A stretch of 63,967 nt of DNA, counting the filler, from Octopus bimaculoides (taxonomy: Eukaryota), in NCBI RefSeq assembly GCF_001194135.2. It is 6 parts of 6 records of this genome, joined end to end, with 100 filler letters (N's around TTAATTAATTAA, not from the genome) between each part and the next. Parts side by side here need not be neighbours in the genome. Positions count along the whole stretch, not along the records: positions 59,542 to 63,967 come from NC_068995.1; 5 more parts are not named here. The stretch is one strand, 5' to 3'. The position numbers and the translations under genes are program-made. Below the pieces are notes generated by a model, which saw only the letters and a list, made by a program, of their open reading frames with translations, made no database searches and had not been told where the DNA came from. The first letter of the stretch is position 1, and each line of letters starts with the position of its first letter. Shown piece by piece: positions 62,923 to 63,967 of the stretch.

Positions 62923-63055
62923 TTATGCTGTCTCAGGGCACGAGTGAGCAGTTCCAAGCAGTGCTGTTTTCTGCAAGTACTCCACCCTTATTGCAGCCCC
63001 TATTTGTTCTATGTGCTTCTCAATAATTTTACTCACCGTTCCCAGGGTTCCGACA
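62923..63055 (-). mobile_element. R4/Dong-type 3' ORF fragment
   Basis: IVGTLGTVSKIIEKHIEQIG..IRVEYLQKTALLGTAH, directly after (TAA)n. Confidence 0.8.
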
Positions 63056-63084
63056 ATTACTATTATTATTATTATTATTATTAC

Positions 63085-63136
<52 letters not shown>

Positions 63137-63440
63137 GTTTTATGTTTGACTTCTGCTTTGCATTTGTACAAGTTGGATCCAAGTCTCACCCAGAGACTTC
63201 AAGAGACAACAAGTTAGAAGTTCATGTAGGTGTTATGCCTAGGGTACCATATATTTGGATTTGTACATAGTGTTGATCTAGAGAATGTTTAAGAAACCAT
63301 AAGAAACATTATGTGTTTGTTTTAAAATTTGAGATCACATAGACAGTATTTTACGTAGGATACGAGCAGTTCCCATGAGCACTATCTTTTGAACTTCAGC
63401 CATTTTGGGGTTTCCTGGTATCTGAGCTAGGTAGTAATCA
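63137..63440 (-). mobile_element. R4/Dong-type 3' end (another family) between two (TAA)n runs
   Basis: YLAQIPGNPKMAEVQKIVLMGTARILRKILSM* (stop at 63335-63337), ~200-nt 3' UTR, (TAA)n tail at 63058-63136. Confidence 0.85.
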
Positions 63441-63967
63441 GCCCATTATTATTATTACTATTATTATTATTATTATTATCATTATTTGACTGTTGTTATT
63501 TTAGATTTCAGTCATGTTTGTGCTTGTCTTGCTTTAACGTAAAGCATGTCGGGTAAAGAGATATTGGAGCTGATCTTATGTTCCCTGTTCTCCTTGTTGC
63601 CGATTAGCTTGACACTGGTTTTTGTTGTTGTTGTTGTTGTTGTTGTTCCTCTTCTTCTTCTTCTTCTTCCTCTTCTTTTTCTCCTCTTCTTCTTTCTGCT
63701 GCTGCTGCTGCTCTTTTTTGTTACCATTGTTTTAGGTATAGCGCTTCTAATTTCATAATCTTCATATTTTATTGTTTCCGTACTCTTTTATGTTTTTCAA
63801 TTGTTAATTCAAAAAAACAATGTTAATATAAATATTACGAACAATATCAAAAAGAAAAAAAAAGAAGAAATCAATGCAAAAAAAAGACAAAAACAGTAAC
63901 AACAGGAAAAAAAAACAAACACTCGAAAGGAAATTTAAAGTCAATGGTCTCAAATTAATATATCCCA

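Overview
Repeat-saturated, AT-rich, gap-rich metazoan scaffold. The SINE families and microsatellite load point to an octopod cephalopod draft genome (inference). I can support no intact protein-coding gene, and nearly all ORFs in the track are microsatellite or N-gap artefacts. Recognisable content: (1) many copies of three tRNA-headed SINE families; (2) decayed RTE-like LINEs (54.98-57.67 kb +, 39.4-41.45 kb -); (3) two Penelope-like elements with GIY-YIG remnants (12.0-12.6 kb, 51.2-52.6 kb), plus pLTR-like pieces with minimal hammerhead ribozyme motifs beside (TA)n; (4) six 3' ends of R4/Dong-type restriction-like-endonuclease retrotransposons, five at (TAA)n and one ending in (TACA)n; (5) an internally deleted mariner, two piggyBac-type TTAA MITEs and several foldback elements; (6) a diverged 5S rRNA copy abutting a SINE, and a 5'-truncated tRNA-Gln(TTG). 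The most interesting pattern is apparent partitioning of microsatellite niches among retroelement families. Also notable are the 5S-SINE junction, a hammerhead with an 85-nt stem II, and a telomere-like foldback. Coordinates of decayed repeats are approximate.
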